Below, in pieces: positions 23,233-33,748 of a stretch of DNA of 64,000 nucleotides. The DNA is from Candidatus Dadabacteria bacterium. Its GTDB lineage: Bacteria; Desulfobacterota_D; UBA1144; Nemesobacterales; CSP1-2. The DNA lies in contig CAWDVW010000007.1 in the NCBI GenBank assembly GCA_963805855.1, positions 320,001-384,000 on the forward strand, written 5' to 3'. The number at the start of each line of letters is the position of its first letter. Within the stretch, counting starts at the first letter, position 1. The position numbers and the translations under genes were made by a program. Under the pieces are notes generated by a model. The model saw nothing but the letters and a program-made list of their open reading frames with translations. It had not been told where the DNA came from and searched no databases.

Positions 23233-25842
23233 TTGAGCGATAAACTGAAAGGGCATGGATTCTTACATAGAATCTTAATAAAATATCTCTTCGTTGTATC
23301 CATAATTTTTTTATACAATGCTATATGTGTAAGTGCTGCAGAGGATTTACTGATACCTCAGGGATCAATTTGGAAATATCTGGATGATGGATCAAACCAG
23401 GGAACTTTATGGAATGATCCCAATTTCAATGATTCGGCCTGGTCTTCTGGACCCGCACAGCTAGGTTATGGAGACGGTGATGAAGCAACAGTTGTAAGTT
23501 TCGGTCCCAGTTCCACCAACAAAATTACAACTACCTATTTCCGTCATAGCTTTCAGGTCACAAATGCTAATGCATACAACAGCCTAAATTTGCGTGTTTT
23601 GCGGGATGACGGAGCAGTCGTCTATCTGAATGGAAACGAGGTGTTTCGAACCAATATGCCCGGTGGAACAATTTTTTCAACAACATTTGCGTCGTCTGCA
23701 ATAGGTGGAGCGGAGGAGTCAACATTCTTTGAAGCTTCGATAGATCCTGCATTATTAGTTGATGGCGATAATGTGCTGGCGGTAGAAGTTCATCAGGCTA
23801 ACCTCACTAGCTCAGATATTAGTGTCGACTTGGAGCTTATTGCATCTGACAGTTCGGTTCTTCTCACGCGTGGACCCTACCTCCAGATGGGTACGCAAGA
23901 CGCTGTTACTTTGAGATGGCGGACTAATTCCCCGTCGACCAGTCAGGTACGTTACGGAACGAATCCTGCGAACCTGGAGTTTACAGAGGACAATACGAAC
24001 ACAGTCGCCGAACATGAGTTGCGTTTAAACAGCTTGACTCCGGATACGAAATACTACTATTCTGTGGGTACTACCGACGTAACGCTAGCCGGTGGCGATG
24101 CGGAGCACTTTTTTGTTACCGCGCCTCCCGCAGGATCATCCAAACCGACCCGCATATGGGTAATCGGTGACTCGGGAACAGCAAATTCAAATGCGCAAGC
24201 TGTGCGCAATGCATATGAGGCGTTTAGCCTAGGTCAGGACACGGACCTCTGGTTCATGCTGGGTGATAACGCTTATGATAATGGTACAGATCTAGAATAT
24301 CAGGCCGCTGTTTTTGATATGTATCCTGATATTCTCCGCAATACTGTTCTGTGGCCGACCCTGGGAAACCATGATGGGCACTCAGCAGATTCCCAAACCG
24401 AAAGCGGTCCCTACTATGATATATTTACGCTGCCAAGACAAGGAGAATCAGGCGGCGTTCCTTCGGGGACAGAAGCCTATTATTCCTTTGATTATGGCGA
24501 CATACACTTTATATGCTTGGATTCCTATGACAGCGATCGGTCACCGAATGGTGCAATGATGACATGGCTTCAGGATGACCTTTCGCAAACGAACGCTAAC
24601 TGGATAATAGCATATTGGCATCACCCTCCTTATTCCAAGGGGTCGCATGATTCTGATACTGAATCACAATTAATAGATATGAGGCAAAATGCATTGCCCA
24701 TCCTAGAGGATTTCGGGGTGGATTTGGTGCTGTCAGGACACAGCCACGTCTATGAGAGGAGTTACCTGATTGACAGTCACTACGGAACTTCAGACACCCT
24801 TCAGCCATTCATGGTTCTAGACTCAGGAGATGGTAATGTTAACGGAGATGGGGAATACGTGAAGCCGACACTCGGCCCTTCATCACATGAGGGTTCGGTT
24901 TATGTTGTCGCCGGCAGCTCAGGTAAAACAAGCAGCCTGCAGCCGGATGCTCCACATCCTGTGATGTTTGCAACGCTTCCAGAGTTGGGCTCGCTTGTAG
25001 TGGATATAAATGGGAACAATTTAGAGGCCAGATTCTTAGACAGTGATGGTAACTTCTTAGATGATTTTACGGTTGTAAAGGGATCGACAGGACCGACATG
25101 TGGAAATGGCATAAAAGAGTCAGGGGAAGAGTGCGATGATTTAGATTTTGGTACGGCTTCTTGTAGCGACTACGGATGTGCAAATGGAACCTTGACTTGT
25201 AACTTATTGTGCATGATTGATAGCTCATCTTGCCCAAGCTGTCCCATATGTGATAACGACGGGTTATGTGAGGAGGGCGAAGACTGTAACTCATGCGCTA
25301 ACGATTGCATATCGGGGGCGGGGGCAGTATGTGGTAATGGGATTTGTGAGGCAGGAGATGGTGAAGATTGTTTGTCCTGTCCGCAGGATTGCAGGGGGAA
25401 ACAATCTGGTAAGCCCTCAGGTCGATACTGCTGTGGCGATGGTGATGGACAGAATCCCCTATTCTGTGCCGATTCCATATGTACATCTAGCGGTTTTTCA
25501 TGCACTGATGTCCCCGCATCGCCTTTTTGCTGCGGAAACCTTCAGTGCGAAGGAATAGAAGACGGTTTCAATTGCGAGGTAGATTGTGGTCCCCCACCTG
25601 TTTGTGGCGATGGCAATTGTGATCCAGGTGAGACCTCTTGCTCGTGCGAAGCTGATTGTGGTGTCCCGCCTCCCAACGAGGGAAACTGTACGGACGGGAT
25701 TGATAACGACTGCGATTCGTTTGTTGATTGTGCTGACGGAGAATGTGCAGGAATCCCCGAATGCTGCCTTCCCAAAGGTGACTCATGCACTTCGAACTTT
25801 GATTGTTGCTCTAACAAGTGTAGGGGAGGGAAATGTAGGTAG
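23233..25842 (+). CDS. Secreted purple-acid-phosphatase-like metallophosphoesterase with N-terminal beta-sandwich, FN3 domain and Cys-rich C-terminal repeats
   Basis: GDSG, LGDNAY, GNHD, HHPPY, GHSH motifs; TRGPYLQ FN3 start; CGNGICE/CGDGNCD repeats. Confidence 0.88.
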   Translation: MSDKLKGHGFLHRILIKYLFVVSIIFLYNAICVSAAEDLLIPQGSIWKYLDDGSNQGTLWNDPNFNDSAWSSGPAQLGYGDGDEATVVSFGPSSTNKITTTYFRHSFQVTNANAYNSLNLRVLRDDGAVVYLNGNEVFRTNMPGGTIFSTTFASSAIGGAEESTFFEASIDPALLVDGDNVLAVEVHQANLTSSDISVDLELIASDSSVLLTRGPYLQMGTQDAVTLRWRTNSPSTSQVRYGTNPANLEFTEDNTNTVAEHELRLNSLTPDTKYYYSVGTTDVTLAGGDAEHFFVTAPPAGSSKPTRIWVIGDSGTANSNAQAVRNAYEAFSLGQDTDLWFMLGDNAYDNGTDLEYQAAVFDMYPDILRNTVLWPTLGNHDGHSADSQTESGPYYDIFTLPRQGESGGVPSGTEAYYSFDYGDIHFICLDSYDSDRSPNGAMMTWLQDDLSQTNANWIIAYWHHPPYSKGSHDSDTESQLIDMRQNALPILEDFGVDLVLSGHSHVYERSYLIDSHYGTSDTLQPFMVLDSGDGNVNGDGEYVKPTLGPSSHEGSVYVVAGSSGKTSSLQPDAPHPVMFATLPELGSLVVDINGNNLEARFLDSDGNFLDDFTVVKGSTGPTCGNGIKESGEECDDLDFGTASCSDYGCANGTLTCNLLCMIDSSSCPSCPICDNDGLCEEGEDCNSCANDCISGAGAVCGNGICEAGDGEDCLSCPQDCRGKQSGKPSGRYCCGDGDGQNPLFCADSICTSSGFSCTDVPASPFCCGNLQCEGIEDGFNCEVDCGPPPVCGDGNCDPGETSCSCEADCGVPPPNEGNCTDGIDNDCDSFVDCADGECAGIPECCLPKGDSCTSNFDCCSNKCRGGKCR

Positions 25843-26098
25843 TCTCTTAAAGGTGTTTTCAGTCGAGGTCTTAAGATTGCGTTTCCTGTAGATCGTCCCG
25901 GCCTTATTGAGTTTTTGATATAAAGACGATCCAGAGCCCTTCAGAATATCTTGCTGATCTCATCTGTCGCGAAAATTAGGACGAAATTTAAGCTTTAAAT
26001 CTACTTAACAACCTTGCTCTTCTCATAGAATCTAAGGGAATTGTTATATTTCTGATTTGGAAAGGAAATTAAACTCTGGTAGCTTTTTGCGATTTTAC

Positions 26099-27172
26099 AT
26101 GGAAAAGAAGAGAATACTTGTAGCTATGAGTGGAGGAGTTGACAGCGCGACTACTGCCGCCCTCTTAAAAGAGGAAGGACACGAGGTCGTTGGTGTAACC
26201 ATGCAGCTTTGGGACTACGGGGATGCCGACGGTGGTTGTTGTTCTGCGGACGATGTTACCGACGCGAGGAGGGTAGCCGATCAAATCGGTATCCCTCACT
26301 ATGTTGTTAACTACATGGAATTGTTTAAGAAATATATTGTTAGCGATTTCGTGAGCAAATATGAATCTGGGCAGACCCCGATTCCCTGTGTTCTCTGTAA
26401 TCAATTCATGAAGTTTAATTTTCTCTTAACGAGGGCATTGGAGCTGGGTGCAGATTACCTTGCAACAGGCCATTACGCTAGGATTGAAAGGGGGGAGAAA
26501 AATGGGACTTTTTATCTGGGAAAGGCTTTGGATGATGACAAAGACCAGTCGTATTTCCTTTTTACTCTGTCACAAAAGGAACTGAGGCACCTAATCTTTC
26601 CCTTGGGTTCCAAGAGAAAAGCTGAGGTTCGAGAAATAGCTAGGCGGATGAACCTCAATGTGGCCAGTAAACCCGAAAGTATGGGTGTATGTTTTATCAC
26701 CGGTGAAAAGTACAGGGATTTCCTTGATGATTATTTGAAAAGGGGTAAACAAAGGGGTCTGATCGTGGATGGAGATGGAAATAAACTTGGGGAGCACAAT
26801 GGGATTGCCTCATATACCGTTGGCCAGAGGCGGGGCCTCGGAATAGCAAAGGGCAAACCTATGTATGTTATAAGGATCGAACCGGAGGAAAACAGAGTAT
26901 ACGTTGGAGAGTCAAAAGATTTATTGAGGTCGGCCCTAGTTGCTGATAATGTCACGTGGGTGGGTGGGGTTCCAAGCGGTGAAGTTGATGTGAAGGCTAA
27001 AATACGTTACAGGCATCCAGCGAATGAATGCATTTTAAAGACTGAATCAGGTGATAGTGCATTTGTCCAATTTAGAGAGCCGCAGCGTGCCATTACGCCT
27101 GGACAGGCGGTCGTTTTTTATAAGGAGGACAGGGTGTTGGGTGGCGGATGGATTAAAGAGGTCATCCGGTAA
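26099..27172 (+). CDS. mnmA: tRNA 2-thiouridine(34) synthase MnmA
   Basis: AMSGGVDS, PCVLCN, ATGHYA, KDQSYFL, YTVGQRRGL, TPGQAVV. Confidence 0.97.
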   Translation: MEKKRILVAMSGGVDSATTAALLKEEGHEVVGVTMQLWDYGDADGGCCSADDVTDARRVADQIGIPHYVVNYMELFKKYIVSDFVSKYESGQTPIPCVLCNQFMKFNFLLTRALELGADYLATGHYARIERGEKNGTFYLGKALDDDKDQSYFLFTLSQKELRHLIFPLGSKRKAEVREIARRMNLNVASKPESMGVCFITGEKYRDFLDDYLKRGKQRGLIVDGDGNKLGEHNGIASYTVGQRRGLGIAKGKPMYVIRIEPEENRVYVGESKDLLRSALVADNVTWVGGVPSGEVDVKAKIRYRHPANECILKTESGDSAFVQFREPQRAITPGQAVVFYKEDRVLGGGWIKEVIR

Positions 27173-28464
27173 TGAAGAAAATTTCGGTGGTAACCCTAGG
27201 TTGTAAGGTTAATCAGTATGACACTGCAGCTATCCTGAATCGACTACCGGAGAGCAGGTATAAGAGGGTTCCGTTCTCTGAAGGCGCGGACGTATATGTA
27301 ATCGATACATGTACTGTAACACACAAGGCCGACTCGGAGGCAAGGAATTACATTTATCGTGCCAGGAGGGCAAATCCCGATGGTATCGTAGTTGTAACAG
27401 GTTGTTATTCACAGGTATCGTCGGACGAGCTTAGGAATATTAATGGAGTCGATTATATTGTAGGCAACTCACATAAGTTTTCTTCTCTCCTTAAGGTTAT
27501 CCGGCATGGCAAGAAGCAATCCGAACCCTATGTCTTCGTGTCGGATTTTCTGAAAGAGAAACATAGACAATTTGAATCTCCCGACATAAGGTATTTCCCG
27601 GACCGAACGAGGGCTTTTCTGAAAATTCAGGATGGTTGCAATTACAGGTGTTCTTTCTGTGTTATACCGTTTGCACGGGGCAGATCCAGAAGCCTGGGCG
27701 TTGCTGACGTATTGGAACGGATGAAGAAGCTTGCCAATGAGGGTTACAAGGAAATTGTGCTTACCGGTATCCATCTTGCCAGTTATGGAAGGGATATCGA
27801 ATCGAATCTCCTGGAATTGCTGCGAGAAATCGAGAGGTCTAAGGTCTTGAAATGGGTAAGGCTCAGCTCGCTTGACCCCGCGGATATCTCTCGTGAGCTG
27901 ATCGAGTTCGTTGCATCTTCAGAGACGATATGCCCGAGTTTTCATGTGGCACTTCAGAGCGGGGATCGCGAGGAATTGAGAAGAATGAGACGGAGATACA
28001 GCCCTGACAAATTCAAATATGTCACTGATCTTATACGTGAGAAGCTTCCTGATGCAGCAATCGGTACAGATGTTATGGTGGGTTTCCCTGGTGAAACCGA
28101 CCGTGAATTCGGAAATACCTTCGATTTATTGCGCGAATCACCATTAACCTATTTTCATGTCTTCCCTTATTCGGACAGAAAGGGAACGGCAGCCTGCAAG
28201 ATGTCAAACAAGGTGCCTGTAGAGTTAAAAAAGATGAGGAGCCGGACTCTACGGGATCTGGGTACAAAGAAGAAGCATAAATTCTACCGAGGTTTTATCG
28301 GTAGAAGGATGCCTGTGATAGTGGAGAAGGGAGCCCGAGGGACTTCACGAAATTACATGAGTGTTGTGATTCCGAATGTGAATTTGAAAATTGGTCATGA
28401 GGTTGAAGTTGAGATTAAGGATGTAAATGGCGGGCACGCCATAGGTTTACTGCGATCACATTAG
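27172..28464 (+). CDS. mtaB: t6A37 tRNA methylthiotransferase MtaB
   Basis: TLGCKVNQYD, CTVTHKAD, FLKIQDGCNYRCSFC, HVFPYSDRKGT; TAATG overlap with mnmA. Confidence 0.93.
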   Translation: MKKISVVTLGCKVNQYDTAAILNRLPESRYKRVPFSEGADVYVIDTCTVTHKADSEARNYIYRARRANPDGIVVVTGCYSQVSSDELRNINGVDYIVGNSHKFSSLLKVIRHGKKQSEPYVFVSDFLKEKHRQFESPDIRYFPDRTRAFLKIQDGCNYRCSFCVIPFARGRSRSLGVADVLERMKKLANEGYKEIVLTGIHLASYGRDIESNLLELLREIERSKVLKWVRLSSLDPADISRELIEFVASSETICPSFHVALQSGDREELRRMRRRYSPDKFKYVTDLIREKLPDAAIGTDVMVGFPGETDREFGNTFDLLRESPLTYFHVFPYSDRKGTAACKMSNKVPVELKKMRSRTLRDLGTKKKHKFYRGFIGRRMPVIVEKGARGTSRNYMSVVIPNVNLKIGHEVEVEIKDVNGGHAIGLLRSH

Positions 28465-28499
28465 TCCAAGCCGTATTTTTTTAACAACCAATCCTTTAA

Positions 28500-29414
28500 A
28501 TGAAAGCAATCCTAAAATATATATTTTATTTTATAATAATTCTTCAATTTCCTACCGGATGTTATGCCGGGAATACATCCGGCCTGATAACCAGGGATGA
28601 AATCTGGAATGATCCCCAGAGAACTATTAAGATCTGGGTACTCTCTGATATTCAACCTAGGAACAACGAAGATAGAGATGCATTCAAGGATGCTATCACA
28701 GACGTCAACAATAACATCCCTGGTATAGAAATGGCTATAGTCGCCGGTGATATTGCCAATAGAGCTAAACCTGAAACGTATGATTGGTACCTGTCAACCA
28801 GGGAGCTTTCATACATAAAAGACTGGAATGAGATTGCTGGTAACCATGATTTGAAGACAGATTTGGGAAAACTCTTTCGAGAAGAAATTAATCAAAACTT
28901 TAACTATTCTTTAACGAAGGGGAATATTCTGTTTATATTCATGTCTGACGAGGAAAGGGGAAAACCGACCGAAATATCCGATGAAACGTTTAATTGGTGG
29001 AAGGACTTAGTTATCAACAATCAGGATAAGATCATTGTGGTGGTAACTCATGCCCCTCTCGACGGAAGTGGAATTCCCTTTTCCAGATTTAGGGATAGAC
29101 AAATAATTGATTCAGGAAGGTTTACTGACGTGCTAAAAAAATATAAGGTGGACCTCTGGCTGTCCGGCCATCTCCATTTACCTCATTATCTCGCAAATGT
29201 AGTGCAAAAAGAAGAGTACAATGGAACAATGTTTGTTAGCATATCGTCGATCAGGCCCGAGTTCTTAGATATTAAGCATTCCGAGTCGAGAGTGATTACT
29301 TTTTTGTGCGGTTGGGATTATGCACTTATTCAGGCTAGAGACCACGACAAGAGACAATTTGACGAAAATTTGAGTTCTGTGTATCAACTGTCGAAGAAGT
29401 ACAGATGTGAATAA
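28500..29414 (+). CDS. Exported calcineurin-like metallophosphoesterase
   Basis: LSDIQ, AGD, GNHD, THAP, SGHLH motifs; signal-like N-terminus. Confidence 0.85.
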   Translation: MKAILKYIFYFIIILQFPTGCYAGNTSGLITRDEIWNDPQRTIKIWVLSDIQPRNNEDRDAFKDAITDVNNNIPGIEMAIVAGDIANRAKPETYDWYLSTRELSYIKDWNEIAGNHDLKTDLGKLFREEINQNFNYSLTKGNILFIFMSDEERGKPTEISDETFNWWKDLVINNQDKIIVVVTHAPLDGSGIPFSRFRDRQIIDSGRFTDVLKKYKVDLWLSGHLHLPHYLANVVQKEEYNGTMFVSISSIRPEFLDIKHSESRVITFLCGWDYALIQARDHDKRQFDENLSSVYQLSKKYRCE

Positions 29415-29428
29415 TAGCCCATAGGACC

Positions 29429-31033
29429 TTAAATAAGCCTTCTTTTTCGTTTCAAGTAATCAACGAGGAGGAACTTCCCCAACCGGGTAGGCGTCGTGAA
29501 AAATGCCCTTCCCCTGTTTATCCGAGTCATATCCTCTACAAATCTTCTTAGAGAGGAGCTATCGTCAAGCATGAATGTATTAATCGTGATTCCCTGCCTG
29601 CTTAAGTTTTTAACCTCTTTCAGTGTTTCAAACGTTGCTCTTGGGCTCAGCCCTCCAAAAAACATAGGTAGCTCAACTTGCAGGTACCCGTCCAAGAAGT
29701 ATGCCGTTGGCTGGCCATCGGTAATGAGGATTATTTGCCTGTTTGGTGTTCTATGTTTTCTTATAAGCCTAGAAGCCAGTTTTAAGGCTTCCTGTATATT
29801 CGTAAAAGGGTCATTTGAATCCCATGTTGTTTTTACAAGCTGGTCAGTGGAGAGGACCCTGGCTCTTGTTGAAAAGCCGACAATATAGAAATTATCCCTT
29901 GGGTATCGTGTCCTTATGAGATTATCGAGTGCCAGCGCCACACGTTTTGCGGCCGGAAACCTTCCCTGAAAGCTCATTGACCAGCTCAGGTCCAAAAGAA
30001 CCGCAGTCGTTGATTGTGTGTGATACTCCATGTCGTAGACCTTAAAATCTTCTGGCTCCACTTTTATGGTATTTCCACTCACTCGGCGAAGGAGAGATTT
30101 TTTAAGTGTGCCGACGACATTCAGGTTAAAGGGGTCGCCAAACTCATACTCCTTTGAGTTTTCGGGCTTCACCGCACCAAAACCTTGTTCTGTGGTCTCA
30201 TGACCACCAAATTGATGTTTGTTCATCGATGAGAAGATATCCCTCAGCGCTCTTTCCCCTATTTTTCTGATCCCTTTTGGAGTTAGCTCTATTGTTTTTA
30301 CAGATTTTTTTATCAAACCTGAATTTTCCAAATATGGCTTAAGGTCCTTAAGGAAAATAAAAGAATTGTATCCTTGCTCGCTTAATATTCTCCTTAGGTC
30401 CTCAAGATTTATCTTGTCAAAAGAACCCGATATGAGGTTGTGTTCAATTGTTTCAATTTCCTCAAATTTTCCTATTAGCTCTAGGGTCTCATCAAAGCCA
30501 ATAGAGCGATCTCCACGAAATTTGTCACCATATCTATTGATGAAACTTTCCACTTGCATAATTTTATCCAATTTTTGCTTCAGCTCTTCGAAGCTGCTCT
30601 TCGCGTCGGGGCTGAGAAAATCATAGTTTGAAAGAGCTCCGACCGCTAAACTAATTTGTTTTGGAAGATTCTCAAGGAAATTCTCCCTGTTTTTATGTTC
30701 GGAAGAGTTGTTAGATAGTTTCTTCCTTATTTCGCTTAACTCTGTATCTACGATTTTCAAAAGCTCCTCATGTATTTTTGATAGGGAATTTTGAAGATTG
30801 TAATTTTTGAATTGAGCCTCTCTGAATTTGGAGAATTCAGAGCGGAGATCATCAATTCCCATTACACGTATGTTTGATCCACGTATACCTTGTTTAAGCA
30901 TCCACTCAAAAGCTTCCTCGGGTGACCAACCCTCCATTAGAAAATTTGCAAATTCCTGCAAAAGATCCTGAGAGTGGAAATTAAACTCCTTTTTAAGACC
31001 GTCCCATTTCAAGTACCTGAAGGTCGTATTCAT
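29429..31033 (-). CDS. vWA domain protein (Rv0959-like partner of the AAA+ ATPase)
   Basis: MIDAS DLSWS, TNIQEAL, ILITDGQPT. Confidence 0.88.
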   Translation of the reverse strand: MNTTFRYLKWDGLKKEFNFHSQDLLQEFANFLMEGWSPEEAFEWMLKQGIRGSNIRVMGIDDLRSEFSKFREAQFKNYNLQNSLSKIHEELLKIVDTELSEIRKKLSNNSSEHKNRENFLENLPKQISLAVGALSNYDFLSPDAKSSFEELKQKLDKIMQVESFINRYGDKFRGDRSIGFDETLELIGKFEEIETIEHNLISGSFDKINLEDLRRILSEQGYNSFIFLKDLKPYLENSGLIKKSVKTIELTPKGIRKIGERALRDIFSSMNKHQFGGHETTEQGFGAVKPENSKEYEFGDPFNLNVVGTLKKSLLRRVSGNTIKVEPEDFKVYDMEYHTQSTTAVLLDLSWSMSFQGRFPAAKRVALALDNLIRTRYPRDNFYIVGFSTRARVLSTDQLVKTTWDSNDPFTNIQEALKLASRLIRKHRTPNRQIILITDGQPTAYFLDGYLQVELPMFFGGLSPRATFETLKEVKNLSRQGITINTFMLDDSSSLRRFVEDMTRINRGRAFFTTPTRLGKFLLVDYLKRKRRLI

Positions 31034-32424
31034 CTATAGATAATTTTTCCCTGGACAATCTCTTTGTTTAGCTTATTGCTTAGATGAAGTCCCTCAAGGA
31101 TTAGCTCGATGGCTGAAGCTGTTTCTGCTGAGGAACCGTCGATTTCAAGCCTGTTGATGCATTTCTCCAAGCCCTTTATTTCTTTAAGTCCGACGAGATA
31201 TTCGTCTGAAGGCATTGTATTAGCTACTTCTACGTACCCGTGTTCAAAGCTTTCAAGTAATTCGGTAAATATGTTATGTGTGGGGAAGTAAGAATCGAAT
31301 ACGTTCTTAATCGCGCGTTTGATGAGATTATCTATTACATTGACCTCGGATGTATCCTCGCCCAAGTATTCCAATTCGATTTTTCCAGCGGTAGACGGAA
31401 TCAGCGCTGGTAAATCTGTAATTCGTGGTGCAACCTCTCTTTCTCCGATGTTAATTGCCCTTTTCTCTGCGTTTGCAATCATCGTTTCGTAATTGGCGAT
31501 TGTAGTTCTTACGCTTACACCCGAGCGTTGATTTATTTCGTGCGATGCCCGAGCTTGGAAAGTAATCTCAGCGATTATATTCTTTATAAACTTGGGAACC
31601 TTCACGCAATAACCATCCCGTGGCAATATTCGCGCTTCCTGCTTCATAATCTTAATTTCATCCTCAATGGTTGCTGGATAATGAGTTCTTATCTGTGCCT
31701 GAAAACGATCTTTAAGTGGCGTAATGATTCTTCCTCTATTCGTGTAATCCTCGGGATTAGCGGTGGCTACTATGCAGATATCAAGGGGAAGGCGTATTTT
31801 ATATCCTTTAATTTGAATGTCTTTCTCTTCCATTATATTGAAGAGGCCAACCTGAACTTTCTCGACGAGGTCTGGCAATTCGTTTATCGCGAATATTCCC
31901 CTATTACTTCTCGGAATGAGGCCGAAGTGGATTGTGAGTTCATCAGAGAGGTATCTTCCTTCTGCAACTTTTATTGGATCAACTTCTCCTATGAGATCCG
32001 CAATGGAAACATCCGGTGTGGCCAGTTTCTCTCCGTATCTATCCTCGCGTTTTATCCAGGAGATTTCCGTATCGTTTCCTAAACTGCTTACTATATCCCT
32101 AAGTTTTGATGCCGGAGCATAAGGATTATCATTTATCTCACTACCTTCGACAATTGGTACCTCCTCGTCAAGAAGATTTATCAGACTTCTGATCAATCTT
32201 GTTTTTGCCTGACCTCTTTCACCTATGAACATTATGTCATGACCTGCTAGTATTGCGTTTTCCAGTTGAGGTATGACGCTGTCTTCATATCCGATTATGT
32301 TTGGGAAAATTTGTTCTCTTCTTTTAAGCTTACCTATCAAATTCTTCCTCATTTCCTCCTTTACCGACAAAACTTTGTACTCGGTTGACCTTAGCTCACC
32401 AATGGTGCTCGGCTTTTGATGCAT
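31030..32424 (-). CDS. Mg-chelatase-like AAA+ ATPase (Rv0958-like)
   Basis: Walker A GERGQAKT, INELPDL, ANPEDYTNRGRIITPLKDRF. Confidence 0.88.
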   Translation of the reverse strand: MHQKPSTIGELRSTEYKVLSVKEEMRKNLIGKLKRREQIFPNIIGYEDSVIPQLENAILAGHDIMFIGERGQAKTRLIRSLINLLDEEVPIVEGSEINDNPYAPASKLRDIVSSLGNDTEISWIKREDRYGEKLATPDVSIADLIGEVDPIKVAEGRYLSDELTIHFGLIPRSNRGIFAINELPDLVEKVQVGLFNIMEEKDIQIKGYKIRLPLDICIVATANPEDYTNRGRIITPLKDRFQAQIRTHYPATIEDEIKIMKQEARILPRDGYCVKVPKFIKNIIAEITFQARASHEINQRSGVSVRTTIANYETMIANAEKRAINIGEREVAPRITDLPALIPSTAGKIELEYLGEDTSEVNVIDNLIKRAIKNVFDSYFPTHNIFTELLESFEHGYVEVANTMPSDEYLVGLKEIKGLEKCINRLEIDGSSAETASAIELILEGLHLSNKLNKEIVQGKIIYR

Positions 32425-32727
32425 GTACTGTTTTCCTCCTCATTCTTTACAAAACAAGAATAATTGTAATTTTAGCTGGAGATTGTAGTTGTTGAAATGA
32501 AAATATGATATTGAAAGATTGTGGAATTTTAGTGTTTTTTTCAAATTTATATTTTTCGTTATTACGACTATATACATTCTTAATTAACTCATCCGAATAA
32601 TTATCATTATATGAAGCCTTTCTTCAAATTACAAATAAATAAATTAATATTCCTTTTTTCACTGAATAGAAAGTTGTGCAGAAACAAGTAAAGTATTTCC
32701 ATTTATGGTTGAAATATATGGGTCTAA

Positions 32728-33426
32728 ATGAAAGGATTTTATATCGGGAGAAAGACTGTGGGAAAGGAATTCCTCAGGTCCATACTCAAATTTGTTAAAG
32801 ACACCGAACGTAGAGTAGCTAAATTTGCTGACTCGACAGATGATGAACTTGTCGAGCTTTTCGTAAAGGAAAACAATCAAGGTGCATTTGAAGAGATATT
32901 TAATCGATATGTGGATAAGATCTATGGAATTTCACTACGGATAACTCGTAATCCAGCTAGAGCTGAAGAGGTTCTCCAGGAGGTATTTCTTACTCTAATA
33001 ACAAAGGCGGACACGTTTCGTGGAGAAGCAAAGTTCTCAAGCTGGCTCTATAGGGTCACCGTAAACACGAGCTTTATGCATCTAAGAGCCGAAAAGAAGT
33101 ATGAAAGTACGCTAAGTTTAGAGAATTATGTTCCTTATGACGAAAAAGGGACATTGATGGGAAGGATTAAAGCAAAGGATTGGAGCAGCAGACCCGATAT
33201 ATTAATTTTTAGAAAAGAGGGTCTTGAATTAATTGAGAAAGCAATTAACGAGCTTCCTGAGTCCTATAGGGTTGTTTTCCATCTAAGGGATGTGGAAGGA
33301 TTGTCGAATGAGGAGATTTCGAATATACTTGATTTATCCATACCCGCCGTGAAATCCAGACTGCACAGGGCAAGGCTATTCTTAAGAGATAAGCTTTCAG
33401 ATTATTTTGATGAATGGGTAGGCTAA
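32728..33426 (+). CDS. ECF RNA polymerase sigma factor
   Basis: AEEVLQEVFL, FSSWLYRV, LSNEEIS...AVKSRLHRAR. Confidence 0.93.
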   Translation: MKGFYIGRKTVGKEFLRSILKFVKDTERRVAKFADSTDDELVELFVKENNQGAFEEIFNRYVDKIYGISLRITRNPARAEEVLQEVFLTLITKADTFRGEAKFSSWLYRVTVNTSFMHLRAEKKYESTLSLENYVPYDEKGTLMGRIKAKDWSSRPDILIFRKEGLELIEKAINELPESYRVVFHLRDVEGLSNEEISNILDLSIPAVKSRLHRARLFLRDKLSDYFDEWVG

Positions 33427-33430
33427 CATA

Positions 33431-33667
33431 ATGTTGTGTAAGGACATAGTAGAAAACATAATGGGATACATCGAAGCCGAGTTAGATTATGAGACTCTGG
33501 TTGAGTTGGAGAAGCATCTGGATATGTGTCCCGAGTGCACGGCTTTTATAAGAACATATAAGAGGATGCTTAGCCTGACGGGTAGACTCAGAGAAAAATC
33601 ATTTGTCACGCCGGAAGTGAGGTCAAGACTCAAGGAGTTGTTATTGTCTAAGATAAAATCCCAGTAA
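33431..33667 (+). CDS. Soluble zinc-binding anti-sigma factor (zf-HC2/ZAS)
   Basis: N-terminal Cys plus HLDMCPEC (HxxxCxxC); directly after the ECF sigma. Confidence 0.9.
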   Translation: MLCKDIVENIMGYIEAELDYETLVELEKHLDMCPECTAFIRTYKRMLSLTGRLREKSFVTPEVRSRLKELLLSKIKSQ

Positions 33668-33748
33668 GGGGATGTGACTTGGATTAACTATTTAGTGAAA
33701 AATTTGATCAGTACCACGCCTAGACTTCTAGATATTTAACAAGCATCA

